NCBI GenBank assembly: GCA_964016885.1
Contig: OZ024743.1
Location: 57,350,001 to 57,414,000 of the forward strand
Length of the DNA stretch: 64,000 nt
Source: Eledone cirrhosa
Taxonomy: Eukaryota
Reading direction: 5' to 3'
Shown one piece after another: positions 36,317 to 49,971 of the stretch. The notes beneath the pieces were generated by a model. That model was not told the origin of the DNA and did no database searches. It saw only the letters and a list, made by a program, of their open reading frames with translations. Within the stretch, counting starts at the first letter, position 1. The number at the start of each line of letters is the position of its first letter. The translations under genes and the position numbers were made by a program.

Positions 36317-37850
36317 GGGCGTTGGATTGGTAGTATCGGCAGAGGGTCGGACGCCATGCTTTGACGCATTGAGTTACAGCCCTTGCCACTCTGAGTTTAA
36401 ATTCCGCCGAGTTTAACTTTGTCTTTTATCCTTACGGGGTCGATAAAATAAAGTACCAGTAATACACTGGGGTAATAGCGGGCCTTGTGCCAAAAGTAGA
36501 AACAATTATTATTGTTATTATTGGTGGATTTGTAGTATCGGTAGAGGATCTGACGCCATGCTTTGCAGCAAAGAGTTACGGCCCTTTATGGTCTGAGTTC
36601 AAATCCGGTCGAAGTTAACTTTGCCTTTCATCCTTACGGGGTCGATAAAATAAAGTACCAGTAATACACTGGGATAATTGCTGGCCTTGTGCCAAAAGTA
36701 GAAACAATTATTATTACGTTTCTTTACGACTGTGGATTGACATTATCAGTAGAACGTCGGACAACAGGTTTTGCGTCATATTATTATTATATCCCGCTGA
36801 GGTTGACTTTGCCTTTCATCCTTACGGAGTCGATAAAATAAAGTACCAGTAATGCACTGGGTAATTGCTGGCCTTGTGCCTAAAGTAGAAACAATTATTA
36901 TTATATCCCTTATATAGGGCGGTGGATTGGCAGTATCGGTAGAGGGTCAGACGCCATGCTTTGACGAATAGAGTTACGGCCCTTGCCATTCTGAGTTCAA
37001 ATACCGCCGAGGTTAACTTTGTCTTTCATCCTTACGGGGTCGATAAAATAAAGTACCAGTAATGCACTGGGTAAGTTGCTGGCCTTGTACCAAAAGTAGA
37101 AACAATTATTATTATATCTCTTTACTGCCTGAGGCGAATCTTGCCGAGGTTAGCTTTGCCTTTCATCCTTACGGGGTAGATAAAATAAAGTACCAGTCAC
37201 GCACTGGGGTCGATTTAATCGACTTTCCCCTCCCCCAAAATTGCTGCCTATATAAGAAACCATTATTACGTTTCTTTACGAGGACAGTGGATTGGCAATA
37301 TCAGTAGAACGTCGGACATGTTTTGCGTCATATTATTATGTCCCTTTACGATCTGAGTTCGAATCTCGTCGAGGCTAGCTTTGCGATTCGTCACTACGGG
37401 GTAGATTAAATATAGTACCAGTAACGTATTGATGGCGATTTAATCAACTCCCCCACTAAAATTGTTGACCTTGTGCCTAAATCAGAAAACCTTATGAGGC
37501 TGGCAAAATCAGTAGAGCGTCGGACACCATGCTTTGCGGCATAGTTACGTCCATTTATGTTCTGAGTTCAAATCCCGCCGAGGTTAGCTTTGCCTTTCAT
37601 CTTTACGGTATCGATAAAATAAAGTACCTGTTTATAAAGTACCAATTTAATCGACTTTCCCTTCCCCTAAATTTGTCGGCTTTGTGCCTAAATCAGAAAC
37701 GATTATTATAAATGTCGTTGTTAGATTTAGTAGAGCACTGCACAAAATATGTGGTATTGAGTTACGCCCCTTTATGTTATTTGTTCAGTTACCGTCGAAG
37801 TAAATCCTTTGGATTTCATCCCTCCGATGTCGACGAAATAATTTTACCTG
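36317..37850 (+). mobile_element. Cluster of ~8 head-to-tail SINE family A copies
   Basis: Copies start at about 36317, 36523, 36730, 36917, 37137, 37283, 37497 and 37725, joined by (ATT)-rich tails. Confidence 0.88.
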
Positions 37851-38589
37851 CTAATACTGTTGTTGTTGTAGTTGGTGTTATTGTTATTATTATCATTGTT
37901 ATTATTGTTGTTTCTGTTGTTTGCTTAATAACAACGTTTCTCACCAAACATTTAATTAATCTTTGTTCTTCCATTTCACTTTTGTTTTTGTTTTCTGTTA
38001 TTTGTTCTTTATGTTTGTCAAGCAATAACTATAATCACTCTTCCCTCTCATCTCTCTTACTCCTTCTTTCACCCACTTTCTCTTTCATTCACTGAAACCG
38101 ACTATAACAAACATATTAGATAGAGTTTACTGTAAACACTGAGTTTGGATGCTGATGACTCTCGTGCAGAGTGAATCTGTTTTGTTTCAATATTAGTTGG
38201 CGCCTCTAGGTCTAATTCAAACACACATACACAGTTCTGCTGAGGAAACGGATATTGCAGTTAAAACATCCGCTAATAACTACAAAAAGAGCTGAAAGCA
38301 AATACCGGGTGTTTGAAAAAACAAAAACAAAAAATAAAAACAAAACAAAACAACAATGATGATGATGATGATGATGATGTTGATGATGATGATGATAAAC
38401 GTTAACGATCTTTAAATGAGTGAAGTGTTAACCGGCAATAAAGACTTATCGTGTTTAAAAGGTTGTCAGGTTTTTAGTGCAGTGGTTATGGTGAAAGTCA
38501 GGATGGTATATTTGACTATTTATTTACAAATTGAAAACACCAGTGTAAACATTCTTTTGAACTCTATTTGAACTTGTATCTCTATTGCC

Positions 38590-38593
<4 letters not shown>

Positions 38594-38670
<77 letters not shown>
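38594..38670. repeat. (GA)n microsatellite
   Basis: Direct reading. Confidence 0.95.
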
Positions 38671-38674
<4 letters not shown>

Positions 38675-39019
38675 ACTGGTTACATAGCAGATCGAACTTC
38701 TGACCTACAGGTCGATTGTTTGTATTACGATACTCTTGCTCAAATTACATTCTATAGGACAAAAAAATGTAATTTGTTTCCTACTTTAACACTTCCTCCT
38801 AGTTCAGGATTCCTCCTTTCTCCCTCCCAACATCTTAGGAAACCCCGATAAAGGTTCATGAACTTTAACCTTTCTTTCCTGGTTGAGCACTGAAAAACAA
38901 TCACTGATCCGGTCATCTCATTAATCATTAATTATAGAAACAGCATAATTAAAGACTGTTTGTTTAGAAAGTAATACTGAGCCCTACATTAACATCTCAA
39001 CTATTCCAACTCTCAACCA

Positions 39020-39320
39020 AGGTGTTGTTGTCCTTCCGTCGGTTCCGACAACGAATGTTCTAGTCGTTCGAACATCGGATCAGCTTGCTCATGAAATAAA
39101 CATACAAGTGGCTGAGCATTCCATAGATATGTTTACCTTTGATGTAATTCTCAGAGTGTAAAGATTGGTCCTGTGAATTACAGGTACAGCTATATTTTTC
39201 CTGCTGAGTGTACTGGAGTAATGCGGAATAGAGTGTCTTGCTCGACAACATAACGCAGCGACGGGAATCGAACTCATGACTTTACGATCGAACACATTAA
39301 CTATTAAGCCAGACGACATC
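39020..39320 (-). mobile_element. SINE family B
   Basis: caagtggctgagcattcc...gtgtcttgctc...gggaatcgaactc. Confidence 0.75.
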
Positions 39321-39896
39321 ACACTCAATGAAGTGCAGTGTATGTAAACAACTCTTTTAATGTCTTTGATGTCAATGATGAAACGCTTATTATAAAACTG
39401 CATATCTTAGCAAAATGTTTCATTAAATTATTGTTTGATGATAATTATTGTATAAAATTCCATCATGTAATTATAGATAACATAGTTAGGATATAGCTGC
39501 GGAAAGGAAAGGATTTCTAATTAACCACCAACATTATAGGGTGACATGTTGTTAATATACTATTTTTCAAGACCTACTCCACCTCCATATTTATCCCCAC
39601 ATAGTACACTGCCACCTTTATACTGATATACACTGATTATATATGTGAGTCAGTTTCAAAATAATTTGGTTTGCTTGTTATATATCTGATGTTATATATG
39701 TAAGTCTTTGAACATAGATAAATATTAAAGGGGGGAAAATAAGTAAACTAGGTTTAAGAAGTATAAATATAAATTGGAAAATAAGTTTTTTGGTATTTTC
39801 CTTCTCTTACTAATTTCAGTCATTACTCTTTTCGTTCAACAACTAACACATACACACGCTTACACACTCACACACACACACACATACATATATGTA

Positions 39897-39986
<90 letters not shown>

Positions 39987-40364
39987 TGTAGATCCCGAGT
40001 TAAATCGGGGGTAATGACAGTTAAAAAAGTACTCAATACATTAGAAGAGTTTAAACATCATTAGTTAATATAGAGATGGCTTCTACAGGACTAGGACATT
40101 GTTTCATTAGTATGGAATCATCAGGAATGCCCATTTCTACATTAAATAATTATATATATATATATATATATATATAGATAATTTAATATATCAACTAACA
40201 TAAGCGCACAGATGCACGCCCATGCCAGCAAATACACAGGTTATGTCATAGTACCTAGGTGGTTCAATGCAGGAGAATGCAGAACAATAATATAAAGGAC
40301 GTAAAATAAGAAAATATTTTTTTAAAAAAAATTTAAAAAAAATTTTTTTCTTACTTAAATTTTC

Positions 40365-40446
40365 ACTCCAACTAATTAGTTTCTGCAATGGGATAAAGAC
40401 AGTTATGTAATCCAACTGTCGAGAATTCATTGCGTCATCAGGAAGT
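40365..40446 (-). ncRNA. Hammerhead ribozyme (inverted copy)
   Basis: Exact reverse complement of 40511-40592. Confidence 0.8.
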
Positions 40447-40510
40447 CTATTCTCAGTTTTATATGAGCCGCCAGTGTCCGCGCATTGCCTGGAGACTTAA
40501 CTGAGAATAG

Positions 40511-40592
40511 ACTTCCTGATGACGCAATGAATTCTCGACAGTTGGATTACATAACTGTCTTTATCCCATTGCAGAAACTAATTAGTTGGAGT
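40511..40592 (+). ncRNA. Type I hammerhead ribozyme with branched stem II, unit 1
   Basis: ACTTC-CTGATGA-c-GCAATG-[aattctc GACAGTT ggattacat AACTGTC tttatcc]-CATTGC-a-GAAA-CTAATTAG-TT-GGAGT; predicted cleavage after 40587 (GUU). Confidence 0.82.
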
Positions 40593-41069
40593 GAAAATTT
40601 AAGTAAGAAAAAAATTTTTTTTAAATTTTTTTTAAAAAAATATTTTCTTATTTTACGTCCTTTATATTATTGTTCTGCATTCTCCTGCATTGAACCACCT
40701 AGGTACTATGACATAACCTGTGTATTTGCTGGCATGGGCGTGCATCTGTGCGCTTATGTTAGTTGATATATTAAATTATCTATATTTATCTCCAAATCAC
40801 TGATTTGTCGAGCAAACTTGTCAAAACCACTTCTAAAAAAATTTTTTTTTGGGGTGTTAGTAGGCGTCAGTCATCTTACCATCCCATTCCTTCTAACTAG
40901 CCTCTGTGTCACGTGATTGATTCTTTAGAATCGGCCATTTGACTTGAAGCAGTGAGAATTTCGGTACATAGAATCCAGTCCTCGCAAGCTGTTCGATCTA
41001 CCGAATTATTATTATTTTTATATGAGCCGCCAGTGTCCGCGCATTGCCTGGAGACTTAACTGAGAATAG

Positions 41070-41151
41070 ACTTCCTGATGACGCAATGAATTCTCGACAG
41101 TTGGATTACATAACTGTCTTTATCCCATTGCAGAAACTAATTAGTTGGAGT
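41070..41151 (+). ncRNA. Hammerhead ribozyme, unit 2
   Basis: Same sequence as unit 1. Confidence 0.82.
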
Positions 41152-41629
41152 GAAAATTTAAGTAAGAAAAAAATTTTTTTTAAATTTTTTTTAAAAAAAT
41201 ATTTTCTTATTTTACGTCCTTTATATTATTGTTCTGCATTCTCCTGCATTGAACCACCTAGGTACTATGACATAACCTGTGTATTTGCTGGCATGGGCGT
41301 GCATCTGTGCGCTTATGTTAGTTGATATATTAAATTATCTATATTTATCTCCAAATCACTGATTTGTCGAGCAAACTTGTCAAAACCACTTCTAAAAAAA
41401 TTTTTTTTTTGGGGTGTTAGTAGGCGTCAGTCATCTTACCATCCCATTCCTTCTAACTAGCCTCTGTGTCACGTGATTGATTCTTTAGAATCGGCCATTT
41501 GACTTGAAGCAGTGAGAATTTCGGTACATAGAATCCAGTCCTCGCAAGCTGTTCGATCTACCGAATTATTATTATTTTTATATGAGCCGCCAGTGTCCGC
41601 GCATTGCCTGGAGACTTAACTGAGAATAG

Positions 41630-41711
41630 ACTTCCTGATGACGCAATGAATTCTCGACAGTTGGATTACATAACTGTCTTTATCCCATTGCAGAAACTAA
41701 TTAGTTGGAGT
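41630..41711 (+). ncRNA. Hammerhead ribozyme, unit 3
   Basis: Same sequence as unit 1. Confidence 0.82.
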
Positions 41712-42187
41712 GAAAATTTAAGTAAGAAAAAAATTTTTTTTAAATTTTTTTTAAAAAAATATTTTCTTATTTTACGTCCTTTATATTATTGTTCTGCATT
41801 CTCCTGCATTGAACCACCTAGGTACTATGACATAACCTGTGTATTTGCTGGCATGGGCGTGCATCTGTGCGCTTATGTTAGTTGATATATTAAATTATCT
41901 ATATTTATCTCCAAATCACTGATTTGTCGAGCAAACTTGTCAAAACCACTTCTAAAAAAATTTTTTTTGGGGTGTTAGTAGGCGTCAGTCATCTTACCAT
42001 CCCATTCCTTCTAACTAGCCTCTGTGTCACGTGATTGATTCTTTAGAATCGGCCATTTGACTTGAAGCAGTGAGAATTTCGGTACATAGAATCCAGTCCT
42101 CGCAAGCTGTTCGATCTACCGAATTATTATTATTTTTATATGAGCCGCCAGTGTCCGCGCATTGCCTGGAGACTTAACTGAGAATAG

Positions 42188-42269
42188 ACTTCCTGATGAC
42201 GCAATGAATTCTCGACAGTTGGATTACATAACTGTCTTTATCCCATTGCAGAAACTAATTAGTTGGAGT
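42188..42269 (+). ncRNA. Hammerhead ribozyme, unit 4
   Basis: Same sequence as unit 1. Confidence 0.82.
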
Positions 42270-42720
42270 GAAAATTTAAGTAAGAAAAAAATTTTTTTTA
42301 AATTTTTTTAAAAAAAATATTTTCTTATTTTACGTCCTTTATATATATATATATATATATAAGCAAATGAATACTATATATAAAGAATTGTTTTAACGGC
42401 TTGTAACTCCTTCATTCACTCATTCATTTGCTTATTCCCGCTCCGCTTAAACCATATGCTAAATATTAATTTCTTCTAATATTTAACCTGCTAACCCAAG
42501 CATCGAGCAAACCACACTTCGGCTATTGGCATTTAGTATTGGCATTTAATATCGCACCATTTGTACCTCTCTGCTTCATCCTCTTACGGTACTTAAACCC
42601 TATTATATATAATGCACTGGGTAATTGCTGGCCTTGTGCCAAAAGTAGAAACAATTATATATATATATATAAATGAAAAGTATAGAAATTGTTGTAGCGA
42701 GAAGCTAACAGTATTCCATA

Positions 42721-42799
<79 letters not shown>

Positions 42800-43386
42800 A
42801 GTACAGCATATTCGAAGTTCGATCAGCAGCTAAGCCAACGAATGCCTTCAATAGTGCAGCGAAGCACTCGACGAGGAATAGACCTCAGAGTAATAACATA
42901 CAGTTTAAAGGGCTTTGCAAATTGAAAATAGCGACCGCTAATTTAGCCGCGTGATCTGTAGCAACGAAAGAACAGACTAGTGAGAAAAGGAAATACACAC
43001 ACACACATACACACACATATATATATATACATATAAAAATATACATACATGCATACATATATGCACATATCTGTATATATAACATATATATATATTCCTT
43101 TATATATGACTAACGCATGTATTATCTCTCTAATTTAATTATTAGACTATTCTCTTGTATTATCTGTATTATCTGACGCATGTATTCCACCCTATGCTTT
43201 TAATTTTAATTTTAATTTTAATTTTAATCTTAATTTGAATTATTGTACAATTCTCGTATAATATAATATATGTCGCATCCATTCCACCCTGTAAACATGA
43301 AACTGTTGTCCACAACATCAATATATATGTATCTGTATGATTCTTCAGTTGAATAGGAGGTTAATTATATGTACAACCATTGATAA

Positions 43387-43433
43387 TGCTCCGAGGACTC
43401 CAAGCCTAAGTTTGGAAGAAACAATTGTCAGCG
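43387..43433 (+). ncRNA. Type I hammerhead motif (CCGAGGA core), paralog of 28657-28705
   Basis: TGCT-CCGAGGA-c-TCCAAGC-ctaa-GTTTGGA-a-GAAA-CAATTG-TC-AGCG; GUC triplet. Confidence 0.7.
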
Positions 43434-43612
43434 ATTAAATGTTTTAAACATAACTTTGATACTTGTGTATTCTATATTACTGCTCTGTAAAACAACTGAT
43501 GTTCTTACATTGAGCTATTTCTCTTACTGGTAATAAGGTAGTAATAAATTACTGACCTCCCCTGTTTATAGTTGTTTATAGTATAGTATATACATAACTA
43601 TAAATAGTATCT

Positions 43613-43673
<61 letters not shown>

Positions 43674-43677
43674 TATA

Positions 43678-43775
43678 TAATTGTTTCTACTTTAGGCACA
43701 AGGCCATCAATTACCCAGTGCATTACTGGTACTTTATTTTATCGACCCCGTAAGGATGAAAGGAAAAGTCAATTA
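43678..43775 (-). mobile_element. 5'-truncated SINE family A
   Basis: Tail and core only. Confidence 0.8.
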
Positions 43776-44566
43776 TTTAATATGTAGGCATGTTGACGTA
43801 CCAGAAAATACGAATCATATGCAAAAATGCCCGTCCATTTTAGAATAATACTATGAGCGAATTTATATATTAACTCATTAAATACATGTTTCCTTGTGGT
43901 TGTTTGGATGATATGCACATCTTTTGCTGTGGGCCCGATTATGTCCGAAAATCGATTAAGTGTTTATCCTTTTTTCAATTTACAAGGGAATTCTTGCATG
44001 TTTACATACCTTCATATTAAATATGTATATATTTATATACACATTGTGGCAGTGTCGGTTACCCACTCTGTAGGTATACAGATATAACTTCTTTTTCAAT
44101 ACATTGTCAATTGCCAAGCAATTTCAACTCAACACACACACACCCGCGCGCGCGCGCGCACGCAGACACTCAAGTCCGTAAGGCGAGAAACTTATACACG
44201 GTAGAAATACAATGTCTTTCTTAAGAACAAATAAAGACGAAACAATATGGAATATAATAGCGTAGTCAAAGAAACACAATGAGCAAGTCTCATTGGTAAG
44301 ATTACAGGCTGTAGCCAAAGGAGTTTGGCAATTAAGAAAGTAGTTGATTGAAATAAAATCTATTTGTTTATTAATACATTCTATTTTGCTTTTGTTTAAT
44401 CCATAAATCTTGATGGAGTCTTAGGGGTACCGTTGTGTTACACCATATATGGTATTTAGACCTGGCGGAGCCCAACCTCTCTCAAGGTTTGATTATAGCT
44501 GATTTCTCCTAGAGAAAGAGAGAAAGAACAAGATAGATAGATAGATAGATAGACATATATGTATAC

Positions 44567-44643
<77 letters not shown>

Positions 44644-44882
44644 TATATATATAAGTTTATCCCGGGTTTATCGGGGGTAACCACAGTAAGGTACTCAATA
44701 CAAAACAGTATAAATATTTAATATAGAAATACTTCTATATTCTTCTTCTCCCGAATGAAACAGTTCTAGTCCTGTAGAAGCCTAAGAGATGTCAACACGA
44801 ATGGACCTGTTATTTTTATCTAAAGACATTTTTTCCAATTCCATCCCGCCCGTCCCCTCAAGCTATCTTATTTCTCATTCTT

Positions 44883-44918
44883 TCTTCTGATGAAGGACTA
44901 GCGTCTGAAACGTTAAGA
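44883..44918 (+). ncRNA. Minimal hammerhead, paralog of 29008-29043
   Basis: TCTT-CTGATGA-a-GGAC-tagc-GTCT-GAAA-CGTT-AAGA. Confidence 0.75.
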
Positions 44919-44999
44919 CCCTCTTTCTGCTATATCAAGCGTTAAACTAATATATCCCTTCCATATACTGTACCGATTGTGTTGTTATTTCTGTTTACC

Positions 45000-45087
<88 letters not shown>

Positions 45088-45088
45088 G

Positions 45089-45120
<32 letters not shown>

Positions 45121-45757
45121 ATGGTTGCCAAAAACGCATATATATATCTATGACTCTGTCTAGTTTATGTATATGTAAATCTATGTATTTTATAAACTCC
45201 CGTATGGTTGAGAAACAATTTAGGTAGTATTCGGCTGCGCTTTCTAGCAACCAGCCTACTCGCCGTCAGGCACCAATCACAAGCTTTCTACCTTGACCAC
45301 TAGCCATGTGACGATTCTTAGCCCTTTTGAATTCGTTTCCGGCGGGGATCATTTATGAAAAATCTTTGTCCAATTGAGTTTGTTCCCCGATGATTTCGAA
45401 ACTCGTGAATTTATCTATGATCGGATATTTCCAAAAAGTGAATGAAACTTCAAGAGGTAGGAACATAATTTTGGTATATTTATGTACATTTTTTTCTTCT
45501 AACTTTGATTTTGTACCTAATTGTGTATGGTTGGCTATATGTCTTATTGATTTCTACGGGCTATTAGAAATACTAGGTAAATCTTCTGTGGCTGTTGATC
45601 GCGGATAAAATAGCTATCATTTATTTATCTATTGTTTCTTCATAGGTATATTTTAAATTTATAGCCTCGTTTAATTGATTTTTTGTGTGGTTAATTATGC
45701 TGATTGGGAGAAGAAATACTGTATATATTTTGTCAAATGGTTCTATGGACTTACTTT

Positions 45758-45829
<72 letters not shown>

Positions 45830-46679
45830 TTGACGAAGAATCGGTCCCAGTTCTTGACTTCTACGTTATTTATGAATCCAAAGTGGATCTCGGTGGGATT
45901 TGAACCCCGAGCACAGAGATCCAGGACAAACTTCGCGAAGCATTCTATCTTCGCCGCCAAAGTACAGTTTATTAAGAAGTATTAAAGCTTTCTCTCCGTC
46001 TCCCCTCTAACTCTCTTTCTATCTTTCTCTCCACCCTCTCTCTCACTCTCTTTCTCTCAACCCTCTCTTTCAATCCACCCTCTCTCTCTCACTCTCTTTC
46101 TTCCACCCTCTCTCTGAGTCTCTTTCTCTCCACCCTCTCTCTCACTCTCTTTCTCTCCCCCCTTTCTCTCACTCTCTTTCTCTCCACCCTCTCTCTCTCC
46201 ACCCTCTCTCTCTCTCACTCTCTTTCTCTCCCTATTACACTCTCTTTCCCCACCCTCCCCTCTCATTCATATATTTCCCCAGTGCACTACATTCAATCCA
46301 GATGGCTGTTTACCTCCCAGCTGTGATAATAGTACACATGCAAACACATAAACACACACACGTGCACGCGCCCGTGCGTACATACACACATACACGCACA
46401 CATATATACACACAAGCACACACACACTACTACCTTCCCAACGACAATCGCCCACACTTTCTAGAGCACCATCAGCACCAATCAGCACCACAACTATCAT
46501 CAATACCACCACACTACCACCACCACAACTACACCACCAACAACATCAACAACAACACCAACGTCAGCACTTCCAATAACCACACCGCCACCAGCAACAA
46601 TAACAATAACAACAATAACAATAATAACAACAATAACAGCAAAAACGCCTTCATTTCCATCACCACCACCACCACCACC

Positions 46680-46970
46680 ACCACCATCGTATCTACTAAA
46701 ACTGCTTACACCAATAACTACTACCCTCACAACAACGACAACACCATCGTCACTACTAAAACCGCTTACACCAATAACAACAACTCCCCTCACAACAACA
46801 ACAACACCATCGTCACTACTAAAACCGCTTACACCAATAACAACAACTCCCCTCACAACAACAACAACAACAACACCATCGTCACTACTAAAACCGCTTA
46901 CACCAATAACAACAACTCCCCTCACATACCATCTCCCCCTCACAACAACAACAACAACAACAACAACACA
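46680..46970. repeat. Minisatellite, ~60-66 bp x4 (caccatcgtcactactaaaaccgcttacaccaataac...)
   Basis: Four visible units with variable (AAC)n. Confidence 0.9.
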
Positions 46971-47504
46971 CCTCCAGGCACGTGTCTCGGTCTCTCTCCT
47001 CTCCCCCACCTCCCCGCCCGACATATTCAGTCTATCTAACTCTCTTCTAGATTCTTCCCTCCGCTGTTTTTTTAAACTTCCGACAGTTACACCTTAACCT
47101 TTTTATCAATCTGCCCCACCCCACCCTATTTTCCTACCATATAAACCATCTCTAACTGCTCCCCCGCCCGATTTACCTGGCTGCTGCCTGTTACATCAGC
47201 CCTTCCCCCTAAGGCCCCTTCCTAGTTAGTCCCCCCCCCCTCCCACACTTCACTACTTTTATATTATTCTGAGAGCCCCTACCACATACACACTGTCTCA
47301 AAGCTGCCCTCCACCCCACCTGTGCCTGGTTGTTCCCTGCTACGTCAGTTAACCTTCCCTGTAATGCCCCCTCCCTAGTTCACCTAGTTAGAGCCCCACC
47401 CTTGTTATGATCCCACCCTATGTCTAACCCCCAAAACACATTTAAAGATGCCATACGCCTGTTTAGTAGTAATAAGTAAAGACTGAGTTCTGAATACAGA
47501 TAAA

Positions 47505-47540
47505 CAAACATACACACCCAGACACACACACACACACATT

Positions 47541-47581
<41 letters not shown>

Positions 47582-48620
47582 TCATACACACACACACACA
47601 CACAGACACACACACACATTCATACACATACACACACATACACATATACACACATACACTCACACATACACATAAACACACATGCAATCACACATACTCG
47701 CATATTCACATGCGCATATATACACATTCACTTGCGCACATGCACACACAAACACACATAAACATATATCACATGCACACGCATACACATTCACACACAC
47801 ACATAGATATACACGCCCATATATACCTATTCATACACACAAAAACACTCAGCCATCCACTCACAATTACATACACATACATACGTACATATCATATAAA
47901 CATGCATACGCAAGTGCATAGACGCACATACATGCGTACATACATATCACAAACACATACATACACATGCATATTGCATACACAAACACACAACCTCACG
48001 CTTGAACACATACATATAGCATACATACACATTCACAGACGCACACACCTACACACACAAGCACAAGCACACAACCTCATGCACGAACACATACATACGC
48101 ATTCACAGACGCACACACCTATATACAGACAGACACAAACGCAACTCTTCATGAAGACACATTTTATTTCTATTCTTGTAGAAATATACTTACACACAAA
48201 GCACCACACATACTCATACAGACACACACACATACATGCACATGCACCCCTCACCCGACACACTCACATGTGGACACAAGCACAACCGTAAAGACATATA
48301 TATATATAAACGTGCATACACAGACACACACAAACACACACATACACAGACATACCCACACGAACACTAACACATGCAACCATATTGAAACGCATGACAC
48401 ATATAAAGACATACATGTAGAAACACACACAAACGTACACAAACACACACAGGTATATGTAAACATCAAGAAATGTATTAAGACACGTAAACACCAACAT
48501 ACAGAAAACACACGTATATACAAATAATCACGGCGAGACATGCAAACATACACAAACGAACATGTACACACATACATACACACACACACACACACACATA
48601 TACATACACATACACACGTA
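47505..48620. repeat. Long degenerate (CA/TA) low-complexity tract
   Basis: Direct reading. Confidence 0.85.
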
Positions 48621-48745
48621 CAGATGTAGAATCTCCAAATGTGATATCAAAAAGGGATTGGTTGCTGGAATGTCTTGAAGGAGTAGAATATGAAAGATAG
48701 CTAGATAGGTGAATAGATAGATAGATTGATGGATAAATAGATATC

Positions 48746-49030
48746 TTTCTTTATTTGCCACAGGGACGTACAAGGGACATTACAAGACGTGACGGCGGGG
48801 GTTTTACATAAAAATAACTTTAACATTAATAAATAACAATAAACTATATATAATAAAATAACAATAAAAATCCCCAATAGGGGGGGGGGGCGCTACTGCG
48901 GGGTTGTTTTACACCCCGTGGATAGAACAACCCTCAACACCAGGAACATGTTTTGTAGGTGTTCCTGTCTTCCCTCTGTTTATCTTCCTCAACCTACAGG
49001 TTTATATACAGAGAAGGGCCATTCACTCGG
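48746..49030 (-). mobile_element. 5'-truncated Tx1-family 3' end in (TAGA)n
   Basis: Encodes RVNGPSLYINL* (ORF2 ends RVNGPSLYTIL*); ends AAATAAAGAAA. Confidence 0.85.
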
Positions 49031-49076
49031 TAGATAGACAGATAGATAGGTGGATAGATAGATTGATGGATATAGG

Positions 49077-49110
<34 letters not shown>

Positions 49111-49112
49111 TC

Positions 49113-49167
49113 TGTCTTTATTTGCCTCAAGGGCGTACAAAAAATGGGACATTACAAGACGTAAAAT
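49113..49167 (-). mobile_element. Very short Tx1-family 3' end in (TAGA)n
   Basis: tctttatttgcc..cgtacaa..gggacattacaagacgt repeats the 3' terminus at 48746-48790. Confidence 0.75.
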
Positions 49168-49913
49168 CAGATAGATAAATAGATAGGTAGACAGATATAG
49201 ATAGATAGATATAAATACATAGATAGATGATGGACACACACACATATATATTTATATATGCATAGATACAATGATACACACACACATATATACATATGTG
49301 GCTGGGGGATGGGGGTCTCTAGCTAGATAAAGTGAGAGATAGATAGATAGGTGTAAGGATAGATAGCCAGATATAAAGGTGGATGAATGCATACATAGAC
49401 AAATAAATAGATAGATGTATAGATAGATGGATAGATGGATGGATGAATAGATACATGGATAGAAAAATAGATAGACAGATAAGTAGGTAAATTTGATGAT
49501 GTAAAGAATGATACATAGAAAGACAGGTATACAAATAAATAGATAGACACACAGATACATAGATGGAGAGATAGACAAATAGACAGGCAGAAACATATAT
49601 ATAGATGAATTGATAGATAGATGGTGAGACAAACAGATAGAGGGAAGAGTAAGGGAGAGAGATAGGGGGAAAATACAGGGTCGATGAAAGGAGGGGGGTA
49701 TTAGTGGAACAGGAAGATATAGGCCAGTCATCTGAGATATATCAAAGGTATTATGTTGCCAAACCTTATCTTGTGGGATGGTGGTGTTGTCAGGGAATGG
49801 TTTGGATTGAAAATACCATTTATAGGTAATAAGACTCGGTCCGAAAATAGAAAGTTGAAAATAGAGAAGTGAGCGACTATCACACAAATAAGGCATCATA
49901 TCTCACAGCGGTA

Positions 49914-49971
<58 letters not shown>

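Larger units (their letters stand above)
40172..42342. mobile_element. Non-coding hammerhead tandem array: inverted partial copy (40172-40458, -) plus ~3.4 direct units of 558-560 bp (+), inside (TA)n
   Basis: atatgagccgcc recurs at 40461, 41020, 41580 and 42138. Units appear to differ only in homopolymer runs. (TA)n flanks both ends. Confidence 0.95.

Noticed and set aside
38152-38185. CTGATGA-CTCT..AGAG-t-GAAT hammerhead-like motif
   Set aside because: GAAA is broken and stems I and III do not form; at most a decayed relic.
40085-40130. Minus-strand CTGATGA..GAAACAATGTC motif
   Set aside because: Core spacing is plausible but stems I and II do not pair; probably another decayed Penelope end (related sequence at ~44660-44785).
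40191-41885. Repeated 79-93 aa ORFs (MPGDLTENR...) in the tandem array
   Set aside because: No recognisable domain; they cross A/T homopolymers; the frame is not kept in the diverged 52.6-kb copy, whereas RNA pairing is.
40458-42342. CRISPR-like array
   Set aside because: Units are ~559 bp with no unique spacers, the context is eukaryotic and there are no cas genes.
46302-47039. 245-aa His/Asn/Thr-rich ORF
   Set aside because: Made of microsatellite and minisatellite sequence that is stop-free by composition; no domain or splice support.
49252-49899. 215-aa minus-strand ORF
   Set aside because: Mostly translated (TCTA)n; the unique part is too short to assign.
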